From Parcubacteria group bacterium (GTDB lineage: Bacteria; Patescibacteriota; Patescibacteriia; UBA2169), in NCBI GenBank assembly GCA_016181765.1, contig JACOYR010000001.1, positions 16,847 through 80,846 on the forward strand: a DNA stretch of 64,000 bases. The letters run 5' to 3'. Position numbers and translations under genes: made by a program. Shown piece by piece: positions 55,872-64,000 of the stretch; position 1 is the stretch's first letter; the number at the start of each line of letters is the position of its first letter. Under the pieces are notes generated by a model. It had not been told where the DNA came from. It worked only from the letters and a program-made list of their open reading frames with translations, and made no database searches.

Positions 55872-58800
55872 TTACCGGCTAGCTCCGCTGTGCAGTATGG
55901 CGCGAATTGTGTCCCAGTCAAATGCCGAATCCGGCATTCGGTTAAAAATCTCCGTAAATAGAGGCAATCCACTCTGCTCCTGCGCAATGTTCCGCTCCGG
56001 CGGGCGCACGCCATAGGACATAATGACAATGGCCGCATCATCCGGTTCCTGATCGCGGCTTGAGGGGCGCAAATAAATTTGCTCAAACCTGCTCTCGGCG
56101 AGGCCCTCGCGTTCCGGATTGCGCCGTGAGGGCCAGCGGCCGTTCGCGATTTTGATCACGTCAACCCAGTCCTCGTCCGATTGCGGCGCATGGCCGTACG
56201 CTTCGGTGAATGATTGGATCACGCCTGCGCGCTCGCCCACGCCGAGCGTTTGTGTGGCAGGCGTGCCATAGGCGATGAAATCAGCAATGCGGTCCGCCTC
56301 CCCAACCGGGGCTGGCGCGCTCCCCGGCCTTACGCGCGTTGCGGTTGCGAGCGTGGTTGCTTCGTTCCCGGAACCGGACGGACTCGCAAGCAGGGCCGCG
56401 AGCTGGGCATGGGGGGCCTGCACCTCCCACACTGAAAATTCATTGGTCACCACGAACGTGCGGATATCCGCGTACCTGCGCATGAGCGGCCGATCCGCGA
56501 ACGCGGGATAGAACGCGGCAGCTCCCGGCTTATAGTATTCGTACGAAGGCAGCGAGCGCGTGGGGCCGAACACTGGAATTCCGGGAATCGGGCCTTTCCC
56601 ATCTTTAATAAAGCTTAAGCTGTCCAGATGCAGCGGCTCCTGCACGGGCCGGGACCCCATGCCCGTGAAATACACCCTGCCGTCCGGGTTGCCGCCGAGC
56701 GCATAGTCCATAGTAAGGCTTGCGGCGTCAAAATACTTTTGCGCTTCATCCGCGGAAAGCCCGCCCATCTGGATGCGCGCGTAGATGGGGTCCAAAAATT
56801 GACCCAAGACAACGCCCATACCCCAGTCCGGATTATCCTTGCGGGCGGACCGGTGCGCATGCTTTGTATTGGCAACGCTCTGGTACGCTTTTTCGGCCTG
56901 TGATGAGAGCTGATTGTCGGACGCGTCAAGCAGCCTGGCAAGCGGGGTATCGCTTAAGAGGTAGCCTAAAATGTAATTAGGCTGTGTGCGGTCGTTGTTG
57001 AAATAGTCTCCCAAATAAAACTGGTCCTCGCTAAACCGCGAGAACGCGCCGTACGGGCCGATGCTCTCCCAGGATGAAGCAAACCGGTTCTCGTACCGCG
57101 AATCACCGGTGAGCCGGAAGAGCTCGCCGGACGCGTACAAGAGATTGGTGTTGCTCGCGCCGTTTTCCGCCGCATACTCGTACGCGGATGTGGCGCGCAC
57201 CAAAAGCCGGTTTGCGCGGCCCTGGTCATACGGCGCAACCAGGCGAGATGCCTGCGCGAACAAGCCGGCAACGCGCGCCGTGTGGTTTGCATCCGTGCCA
57301 TAGGTCCAGTACGGAAGCTCGTCCTGGTGCGCATAGTAGATGCCCACCGGGTGGCGGTACGATTCAACCCCCATGCGAACGCCGCCGGAAGGCTCCTGCA
57401 GCTGCTCCCATCCGGCAATCCCCCAGAGCGCTTCATCCAGAAGATCCGGAATGTTGTTTCCCGACTCGGGAATGGAGAGTGTACCGTCCGAAAATGCATC
57501 GCGGTTGATTTCAAACGCGCGCATCAGGAGTTCCGGCACGGCGACGTGCATGGGGCGCTGGTCAAAGTCTCCGGCATCGTGGTACCCCCCAGCAAGGGTG
57601 CGCTGCTCGGTTTTGGGGGTGCGCGCGGAGTGGAACGCGGTTGCCTCCTTTTTGTCTGACGTGTACACAATCAAATGGTCCGGCGAGCGGACATAGGTGT
57701 TGTCCGTGTATGCGGGCGCCAAATCCCCGCCCCAGCGGTTGTAGAACAAGCCGCGGATGATGGTGCGGTACGATTCATTGGAGGCTTTCTCGGATATGCG
57801 GGTTGGCCACGAAACACCGACGCCCGGAATGCGCACGCGGTAGATTGCCTCGTCCGACGCGGGAACGCTTGAGAGATTAATCTCCCGCACCTCGCCTCCG
57901 GCATCGCTGTCATGCGCTGACCGGAGCGCGAGGGAAATACCGCGCGCCGCGGGCGCACGCGCCGCGAGCGGATCAGCGCTTTCAACAAGCACATCCGCGG
58001 CCTGTGGAAACCCGGAGAGCGGAAGCGCGCCGCCATCCCCCATCCAGCCCGAAACATACGCCCACCGCGCCTCGGCGGCCGGGTTGTAGGCAACCTGGTT
58101 CAGCTGGATGACCGGGGTTTCCAGGTACTGGTCCGAGAAAGGCAGCATAAATCCCAATTCGCGGGGTCCGCTTACGCTCAAAATCTCGGGACTGCCTATG
58201 GGTTCGGCAAGCGCCAAAAAGATTCGGTGATCAACATCAACAACAGTATCGTTGTACGTTTTGCCAAACCCAACCTCGTAGTCGGGCTGGCTTACAGGAA
58301 CTGAATCGCGGAATACCTCCACAACCTCAATCGCGCTTCCGTCCGCCCGCGCTACGCCCCAAGGCCCCTTCTGCCACGCGGCACCGGTGTTGCGTTTGAG
58401 CTTTTTCCCTTTATACTCGGTACCCTCATTCGCGAGCACGAGCATAAGGATGTTCGGGCCGTACGCGTGCACCGCGCGCAGGGGCGTGGCAAGCGATGCG
58501 CGCGGGCCGCCCACGGTGCGGGCGTGGATAACGCCAGAGACGCGCGCACCGTTTGACGTTGCTTCAATGCGAACGAACACATCAACCCCTGCCGCGAGCG
58601 GGCCGATCGTGTACTCATTCGCGTCTCCGGAGAGTGTTGCAACCGCCGCCCCGAGCGGCAGTTCGCCTCCCTGGATCAGGGGGGGCTCGGGGCCTGCGGC
58701 AATGCGGATCTCTTCAGCGCCGGAGATGCGCTCCCATCCGAGCGTCACTGAAAAGGATGTTGCGTCTTTCACTGAAAGACCGCGTATCTCATTCGGCAGT

Positions 58801-59486
58801 GTTGCGCGAGCCAGGCTCTCCATCTGGCTCGGCAGCGTAATCAAGGAGGCATCTCCGGTTTCTGTTTGTTCCGCGGGGTCGGGCCCGTCGGCTCCATCCT
58901 GCCCGCCTTGTCCGCGGCTGTCCCGCGCATCGCGCACCGCCCGCACGTCATCAATGTATATCCGAAACCCCGCGGGCGGGTCAGTAGCGCCGAAGTAGAT
59001 GATTTCCACGCGCTCAAGCACCGGCTTTTCGGTGCGGAGCGCATCAATGGGTATGCGCACGTCGCGGTACTCGGTGGTGAGTTTCCCGCCCTGGATGTAG
59101 GGGTCCAGTTTTACGGATTTGGTAAAGTAGGGCCAGCCGTAGATATGCGCCGTGGCAACCACTCCCTCAACGCTTGCTCTGGCGAAAAAGCGCAGCTCAT
59201 CGTATTCGGAAATGTCCAAGCGCCAGGACGGAAGGCCTTTGAGCCCGAGTCCGGCCTCGTGCCACTTGTCCGGAGCTCCAGCAAAACTGGCCATACCGGC
59301 ATGCGGCGCTACAGTGTCCGCAGTTCCGTAGTGGTATTCGGTTCCCGCAGTCTCGCCGTCCCACAAGAGGAGCGCCTCAAGCGGCGCGTCCTGGGCGCGC
59401 GAAACACTGCCCCCGAGCATAACAAGCGGCGAGAGGGCCGTAAGTATGGTCAGCAGGATGATTGGATGTGGATGGGTGGTGCGCAT
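55872..59486 (-). CDS. Secreted glycoside hydrolase family 9 protein with N-terminal CBM-like domain and CPR-type C-terminal domain
   Basis: Signal peptide; LNQVAY Ig-like motif; GGYHDAGD, PDLLDEALW, YALGGNP...YFTGMG, YAD...TNE GH9 motifs. Confidence 0.85.
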   Translation of the reverse strand: MRTTHPHPIILLTILTALSPLVMLGGSVSRAQDAPLEALLLWDGETAGTEYHYGTADTVAPHAGMASFAGAPDKWHEAGLGLKGLPSWRLDISEYDELRFFARASVEGVVATAHIYGWPYFTKSVKLDPYIQGGKLTTEYRDVRIPIDALRTEKPVLERVEIIYFGATDPPAGFRIYIDDVRAVRDARDSRGQGGQDGADGPDPAEQTETGDASLITLPSQMESLARATLPNEIRGLSVKDATSFSVTLGWERISGAEEIRIAAGPEPPLIQGGELPLGAAVATLSGDANEYTIGPLAAGVDVFVRIEATSNGARVSGVIHARTVGGPRASLATPLRAVHAYGPNILMLVLANEGTEYKGKKLKRNTGAAWQKGPWGVARADGSAIEVVEVFRDSVPVSQPDYEVGFGKTYNDTVVDVDHRIFLALAEPIGSPEILSVSGPRELGFMLPFSDQYLETPVIQLNQVAYNPAAEARWAYVSGWMGDGGALPLSGFPQAADVLVESADPLAARAPAARGISLALRSAHDSDAGGEVREINLSSVPASDEAIYRVRIPGVGVSWPTRISEKASNESYRTIIRGLFYNRWGGDLAPAYTDNTYVRSPDHLIVYTSDKKEATAFHSARTPKTEQRTLAGGYHDAGDFDQRPMHVAVPELLMRAFEINRDAFSDGTLSIPESGNNIPDLLDEALWGIAGWEQLQEPSGGVRMGVESYRHPVGIYYAHQDELPYWTYGTDANHTARVAGLFAQASRLVAPYDQGRANRLLVRATSAYEYAAENGASNTNLLYASGELFRLTGDSRYENRFASSWESIGPYGAFSRFSEDQFYLGDYFNNDRTQPNYILGYLLSDTPLARLLDASDNQLSSQAEKAYQSVANTKHAHRSARKDNPDWGMGVVLGQFLDPIYARIQMGGLSADEAQKYFDAASLTMDYALGGNPDGRVYFTGMGSRPVQEPLHLDSLSFIKDGKGPIPGIPVFGPTRSLPSYEYYKPGAAAFYPAFADRPLMRRYADIRTFVVTNEFSVWEVQAPHAQLAALLASPSGSGNEATTLATATRVRPGSAPAPVGEADRIADFIAYGTPATQTLGVGERAGVIQSFTEAYGHAPQSDEDWVDVIKIANGRWPSRRNPEREGLAESRFEQIYLRPSSRDQEPDDAAIVIMSYGVRPPERNIAQEQSGLPLFTEIFNRMPDSAFDWDTIRAILHSGASR

Positions 59487-59517
59487 AGATGCATAAATCA
59501 TTCAGCGTGCGTATACT

Positions 59518-59775
59518 AAAAAACACGCCCAAATGTGGCGTGTCACCAAACCTTTCTTGCTCTCGGTTTACGGTTATGACGATCCGGATCCGTTCAGTGC
59601 GTTCCTGTTCCTATGCAATGTATTCATGTCGTAACGCCGTGCTTCCCTCATACTATGAGTTGCGGCTTGGCAACACTTTGATTGGCTGTGGATAACCAGG
59701 CACACACTGTATGCCTGCCATACCCCACAACAACTCGCAAAAAGGTGTTTGATATCTGTTTAATGGTACTACTAG
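59518..59775 (-). ncRNA. Candidate structured leader or sRNA upstream of GH9 gene
   Basis: TTGACA-17 nt-TATACT promoter (59808-59780); long hairpin 59657-59736; terminator ACACGCC/GGCGTGT plus T-run. Confidence 0.5.
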
Positions 59776-59893
59776 AGGCAGTATACACCATTTTTTGCCC
59801 TCTGTCAAGGCTAGGAGCCCATATCTAAAAAATCAGCGTTCTGGTAGAATACAAAAAAGCCACCGCAACAAGCTAATATCATTCGCTCCTGGT

Positions 59894-60847
59894 ATGAGCA
59901 TCATTGTCACCGGATCAGTGGCGTACAACCATATTCTCAACTTTCCCGGACGCTTCAGCACACGCCTGCACCTGGATGATGTTCACGTTCTGAACGCATT
60001 CTTCTACCTGGACCAGAGCCTCACCATGCTCGGCGGGTCCGCGGGCAACATCGCCTATACGCTCAAACTGTTCGGAGAAGAGCCGCACGTCATCGCCGCC
60101 GTGGGCCGGGACTTTGAGCGCTACCGGCATCGGTTTGAGTCACTGCAGATCAGCACCCGCCAAATCCAGGAATTCAAGGATGAGGCCACGGCGAGCGCAA
60201 CCATCATCGTGGACCGCGACGACAACCAGATCATCGCCTTTTTGCCGGGCGCGGCGCGGCACTGCATTGAGCTGGATGTGCCGAACGGGTCCCAGAGCCG
60301 GGATGCCCTCCTCATCATCATCGCGGCCGCGCCGCCACAGGTCATCGTCAAGCGCTGCACCGAGGCGGTGCGCCTCGGCATCCCGTATATCTTCGCGCCC
60401 GGATCCGCAATCGGCGGCCTCACTAAAACCGAGCTCCGGGACGGGTACCGTTCAAGCCTGGTAAGCATGTTCAACGACTACGAGTGGAAAGAGTTCCAGG
60501 AGCGGGCGCGCAAAGACCTTCCGGCCATGCTCCAGCACGGCATTACCGTGGCCATCACGCGCGGCGAAGCCGGATCCATGATCTACACCAAGGACCAGGA
60601 GTACTTCATCCCCATCGCGCGGCGCGACAAAGTGATAAGCCCGTTCGGCGCCGGGGACGCGTACCTGGCGGGCTTGGCCTTGGGCGTCGCGCGCGCGTGG
60701 AACTGGCAGGACGCCGGGCAGGTTGCTTCGGTTGCCGCATCTTTTGCCGTTGAAACCTTCGGCCCGCAGGAGCACATGTTCACCCTGGACGCCTTTAACC
60801 GGCGCTACCACGCGAGCTACCAGCAGAAGAGCCCGCTGGAAACGTAA
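59894..60847 (+). CDS. PfkB-family nucleoside/carbohydrate kinase (adenosine kinase-like)
   Basis: IVTGSVAY, GGSAGNIAY, DNQI, TRGEAG, PFGAGDAY. Confidence 0.88.
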   Translation: MSIIVTGSVAYNHILNFPGRFSTRLHLDDVHVLNAFFYLDQSLTMLGGSAGNIAYTLKLFGEEPHVIAAVGRDFERYRHRFESLQISTRQIQEFKDEATASATIIVDRDDNQIIAFLPGAARHCIELDVPNGSQSRDALLIIIAAAPPQVIVKRCTEAVRLGIPYIFAPGSAIGGLTKTELRDGYRSSLVSMFNDYEWKEFQERARKDLPAMLQHGITVAITRGEAGSMIYTKDQEYFIPIARRDKVISPFGAGDAYLAGLALGVARAWNWQDAGQVASVAASFAVETFGPQEHMFTLDAFNRRYHASYQQKSPLET

Positions 60848-60902
60848 TTCCCCGCATACCCAAAAACACCTCCCCGCAACAAGGAAAGGTGCTTTTTGAT
60901 TA

Positions 60903-60976
60903 TGGCTCGGGGACAGGGATTTGAACCCCGATTACCAGGGCCAGAACCTGGCGTCCTACCATTAGACGATCCCCGA
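60903..60976 (-). tRNA. tRNA-Gln(CUG)
   Basis: TCGGGGA...TCCCCGAGCCA, anticodon arm CCAGG-TTCTGGC-CCTGG. Confidence 0.95.
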
Positions 60977-60989
60977 ACAGTAAGAAATC

Positions 60990-62543
60990 TTAATTCAATA
61001 TCTCCGCGCCCTGGAACACTTCCAGTACGGCCTTCACCAGATCATCCTGCTCCCGGGGCTCTTTCGTGGCTTTCAAGCGTTCCTGCACGGTTGGCTGGAT
61101 GCGGTATGAGGTACCATACACCTCTTTGATGATTGTTTCAACTGTCTCGCGGTTTTTGAGCTCCAGAACCTTCTCCTGCTGCAGGCGGTACTTGAACGCA
61201 AGCTCCAGGGTGTTTCCGTTCACCTGCACCGGCTCGGCAACCCCGAGCACAAAGTTCAGGGCCTGGTTTTTGTTGCGTGCCTTGGCCAACACCTCGCCCC
61301 AGCCGTCCAGGATTTCTTCCAAAGAATGGGTCGGTTCGGTGTGTGATGGGACAGCGGGGATTGATGGCGCTGGAGGCGGCGATGAAATAACAGCCGTTGA
61401 AACAATGGCGCTGGATTCAGTTGTTTTTGTTTCAGCCAATTCTTTTTTTGGCTCTTCTTCCCCGCACAAGAGCACCGCGGCAAGCTCCAGGGCCAAGGAC
61501 GGCATGTCCGGCGCAAGCTCTGAATCATGGGACGCGCGGAGCAACTCGGACGTGATTTCGCGCAAGCGCTGGCTGTCAGTTTGTCCGGCCAGGGCAACGA
61601 ACTCTGTGATTTCATCTTTGGAGTAGTGAAGCTCAAGCCGCTTTTCGTCCCCTGTTGCCGCGTACAGCACCAGCTGCCTCGCATACTCAAGACAGTTTGC
61701 GATAAAAAAAGTGAGGTTGATTCCCTGCGCTTCCAGCGCCGCAAGCAATTCCAGCGCCGTGTGGGCATCTCGGTTGACGAGCGCCGCGAGGAAGTTGAGA
61801 GTCTCACCGAACGGCACCTTGGGCAGAAACAGGCTCGCGTCTTGGGCGGTGATTTCTTTTTTGCCGATTGAGAGGATCTGCCCGAGCAAGCTCTCCGCGT
61901 CCCTCAGCGAGCCCGAGCTCCGGCGCGCGATGTCCACAATCACCGCATCATCCATAACCGCTTTTTCAAGCGCGAGCAAGGCCCGCAACCGCTCTACAAT
62001 CTGCGCAAGCGGCACTAAGCCGAAGCTGAAGTGCTGGCACCGCGAAAAAATGGTGTCCGGAATCTTTGCGAGTTCCGTAGTCGCGAGGATAAAGATAACA
62101 TGCTTCGGCGGCTCTTCCAGGGTTTTCAAGAGCGCGTTAAACGCCTCGCGCGTGAGCATGTGCACCTCATCAATGATGTACACCTTGTACGGCGAGTTCG
62201 CGGGCGCGTACTTCACCATTTCCCGCAGCTCCCTAATTTCCTCTATCCTGCGGTTTGAGGCCGCGTCAATCTCTATGAGATCCTGGGCCCTCCCCTGGTT
62301 GATGGCTTGGCAGGACGCGCACGCATTGCACGGCTCGCCTGACGTTTTGTCGCGGGAAGAACAGTTCGCGGCCTTGGCCACGAGCCGCGCCAGGGTGGTC
62401 TTGCCGGTTCCGCGCACGCCCGAAAACAGGTACGCATGGGCAAGCGCGTTGGCCTTGATCTGCTCGGTGAGGATGTGCTTGATGTCATCCCTGCCAATGA
62501 CTTCGGCAAAGGTCTTGGGGCGGTAGGTTCGGTAGAGCGTCAT
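60990..62543 (-). CDS. dnaX: DNA polymerase III subunit gamma/tau
   Basis: LYRTYRP, HAYLFSGVRGTGKTT, EIDAASN, DEVHML, NALLKTLEEPP. Confidence 0.97.
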   Translation of the reverse strand: MTLYRTYRPKTFAEVIGRDDIKHILTEQIKANALAHAYLFSGVRGTGKTTLARLVAKAANCSSRDKTSGEPCNACASCQAINQGRAQDLIEIDAASNRRIEEIRELREMVKYAPANSPYKVYIIDEVHMLTREAFNALLKTLEEPPKHVIFILATTELAKIPDTIFSRCQHFSFGLVPLAQIVERLRALLALEKAVMDDAVIVDIARRSSGSLRDAESLLGQILSIGKKEITAQDASLFLPKVPFGETLNFLAALVNRDAHTALELLAALEAQGINLTFFIANCLEYARQLVLYAATGDEKRLELHYSKDEITEFVALAGQTDSQRLREITSELLRASHDSELAPDMPSLALELAAVLLCGEEEPKKELAETKTTESSAIVSTAVISSPPPAPSIPAVPSHTEPTHSLEEILDGWGEVLAKARNKNQALNFVLGVAEPVQVNGNTLELAFKYRLQQEKVLELKNRETVETIIKEVYGTSYRIQPTVQERLKATKEPREQDDLVKAVLEVFQGAEILN

Positions 62544-62588
62544 GGGATTAGTGTACCCAAAAACACCCCGCCGATCAAGAGGTGTGCA

Positions 62589-62658
62589 GGGGTCGTAAAT
62601 TTCATAGCGAGAATGATGGAGCGAAGCGACCCTTCGGAGCGAAGAAATTTACGACCCC
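62589..62658. repeat. Short inverted-repeat element GGGGTCGTAAATTT...AAATTTACGACCCC
   Basis: Perfect 14-bp arms enclosing two GAGCGAAG motifs. Confidence 0.7.
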
Positions 62659-62684
62659 GAACACCTAATAATCACGCACTGGCG

Positions 62685-63305
62685 CTATAATAAATCAGCC
62701 GTTGCCCTATCCAGGGCATCCTGGCGCACTGCTTCCGGGGCCTCCTCCTGGTACGAACCAGCCGGCTCAAGTTGTTTGATGATGTTCTCAACCGCTGCCC
62801 AGTGGGAAAGCTTGTCCGAGGGGACGAGGATCACCACCTCATCGCCTACCTCGCCCTTGAAGTATGTAATGGACGCGGAGAGCACCTTGTAGGAATTGCC
62901 GCTTGCCATCACCGCGTACTCGCCCGTGTCCTCGTCCTGCATCAGGGCGCCCCTCTGCCGCTTGCGCTCAACCGGGCCGATCTGCTTGTACAAAAACGAC
63001 CCGTCCGGGAGGATGGTGAGCTTGAGTATGTCGCCCTCAACGAGCTTTGATTTGGACGCGTAGTTCGGCGGCACGGAGTAGCTCTTGCCGTCGTTGCCCT
63101 GCATCTGCACGCCGTCAAACACGCCCTCAACGATTTCGCCCTCATCTTCGGCAGAAGTTCTGCGCGGCCGCACAGAAGTGAGGGATGAGATATCCACATT
63201 CTGTCCGCTCTGCACCTTTTCAAGCATCTTGGTTGCGGTCTCAATCTGCTTCTGGGCGCGCTGAATCATCTGTTGTAACAGCGCAATTTGGTTTGTTTGT
63301 GCCAT
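62685..63305 (-). CDS. Conserved CPR hypothetical protein
   Basis: IVEGVFDG...YSVPPNYASKSKLVEGDILKLTI...FLYKQIGP; N-terminal coiled coil. Confidence 0.75.
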   Translation of the reverse strand: MAQTNQIALLQQMIQRAQKQIETATKMLEKVQSGQNVDISSLTSVRPRRTSAEDEGEIVEGVFDGVQMQGNDGKSYSVPPNYASKSKLVEGDILKLTILPDGSFLYKQIGPVERKRQRGALMQDEDTGEYAVMASGNSYKVLSASITYFKGEVGDEVVILVPSDKLSHWAAVENIIKQLEPAGSYQEEAPEAVRQDALDRATADLL

Positions 63306-63413
63306 TTTGATTTTTGTTACAGAGGAAGTATACTGCCGTGAAATGACGTCGCTCGGCCGAAATGAGCGCAAGCGCTCATTTCTCCCTCGCTAGTCATTAT
63401 AGCACAAAACACA

Positions 63414-64000
63414 TTAGGCGGCAATCTCCGAAAACCGTATGTCTTTTCCCATAATACTTCCCTCGGGATTTTTCCGCGCTTCCTCGGGGGTTGGTTTGCG
63501 CGTCACGTGCACATCATATCCCGCTTCTTTTGCAAACCCTTTTACTTCCCACTGCACGGCCCGGCCCATGGTGTTGCTATAAACCATCACGGTCCGCGGA
63601 ACCTCAACCACGGTGATGGTGCTTTCCGAGGCATTGATGCGCCTGATGAGCCCCGTCACATTGCTGTCCTCATACCAAGTGCCCGCGTGATATTTGGCCA
63701 CATCCGAAGATTTCAGGTCCCGCTCCGTGCCAATGCCGGACCCGGAGCGTTCAATGGCTGCTTCCGGAGCAGCTTCCGCGCCTGTCCCGTTCTCTAACAA
63801 GCGCGCGCCTGAAAACCGCTCAATGCTCCCTCCCTCGCTTCCGTGCGCGTTTCCAGCTGCATCCAGCAACTCAAACATGACGGACCCGCCCCGAGAGTCA
63901 AACTCTCTAATACGTACGGTACTGGGTTCTCCTCCACTGACTGAAGGCAACTCATAGGTCTCTCCCACCCGGAGTATTAGGCCGTCGGACAAAGTAACTT
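63414..64000 (-). CDS. Hypothetical protein (start outside window or uncertain)
   Basis: Open frame to the window edge; no recognised motif. Confidence 0.55.
   Translation of the reverse strand, partial: VTLSDGLILRVGETYELPSVSGGEPSTVRIREFDSRGGSVMFELLDAAGNAHGSEGGSIERFSGARLLENGTGAEAAPEAAIERSGSGIGTERDLKSSDVAKYHAGTWYEDSNVTGLIRRINASESTITVVEVPRTVMVYSNTMGRAVQWEVKGFAKEAGYDVHVTRKPTPEEARKNPEGSIMGKDIRFSEIAA

Noticed and set aside
59687-59695. DnaA box TTATCCACA (also at ~12510 and ~27795) as a possible origin
   Set aside because: Isolated single boxes with no cluster, AT-rich unwinding element or dnaA nearby.
62685-63305. Ribosomal protein L7/L12 label that I recall being attached to this family
   Set aside because: The sequence lacks L7/L12 motifs; left as hypothetical.
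63306-63405. ZTP riboswitch (TGACTAGCG...GAGCGAC resemblance)
   Set aside because: Lacks the GGUGG loop and the 3' CGCCUGGG pseudoknot partner.
1-64000. CRISPR or other tandem guide-RNA array
   Set aside because: No regularly spaced direct repeats with spacers seen and no cas-like genes; the repeats found are dispersed palindromes.

Overview
A 64-kb chromosomal window, most likely from a Patescibacteria (CPR) genome, probably of the ABY1 group. This assignment is inferred from gene content and order, CPR-type surface proteins and repeats; genetic code 11 fits the stop codons. The mostly minus-strand backbone carries ftsE/ftsX, a PPIase, ftsB-like, lepA, murJ, a DUF4012-GT4x3-polyprenyl phosphotransferase cell-surface locus, rnpB, rnhA, recJ, corA, a Gld-type ABC operon, gpsA, an MBL RNase, an ECF sigma factor, rarA, dnaX and four tRNAs. 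Accessory content includes three type II toxin-antitoxin pairs (VapBC, HicBA, BrnTA), a HATPase-STAS pair, a restriction specificity pseudogene, a GH9 glycoside hydrolase and a dockerin-like lipoprotein. The most interesting signals are five. (1) Two independent loci pair a DUF3800-like RNase H-fold gene with a convergently transcribed ~90-110 nt structured RNA that has its own promoter and terminator, a candidate RNA-protein toxin-antitoxin or RNP system. (2) A low-GC three-gene operon encodes a caspase/gingipain-fold protease and two small, apparently paralogous proteins. (3) An orphan Cys/His ORF is bracketed by heavily structured 5' and 3' RNAs. (4) About ten self-contained orphan cassettes (promoter, boxA-like motif, strong SD, ORF, terminator) contrast with apparently leaderless housekeeping genes. 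(5) Several palindromic repeat families occur, some inserted in frame into genes. All calls are from reading the sequence; no searches were run.
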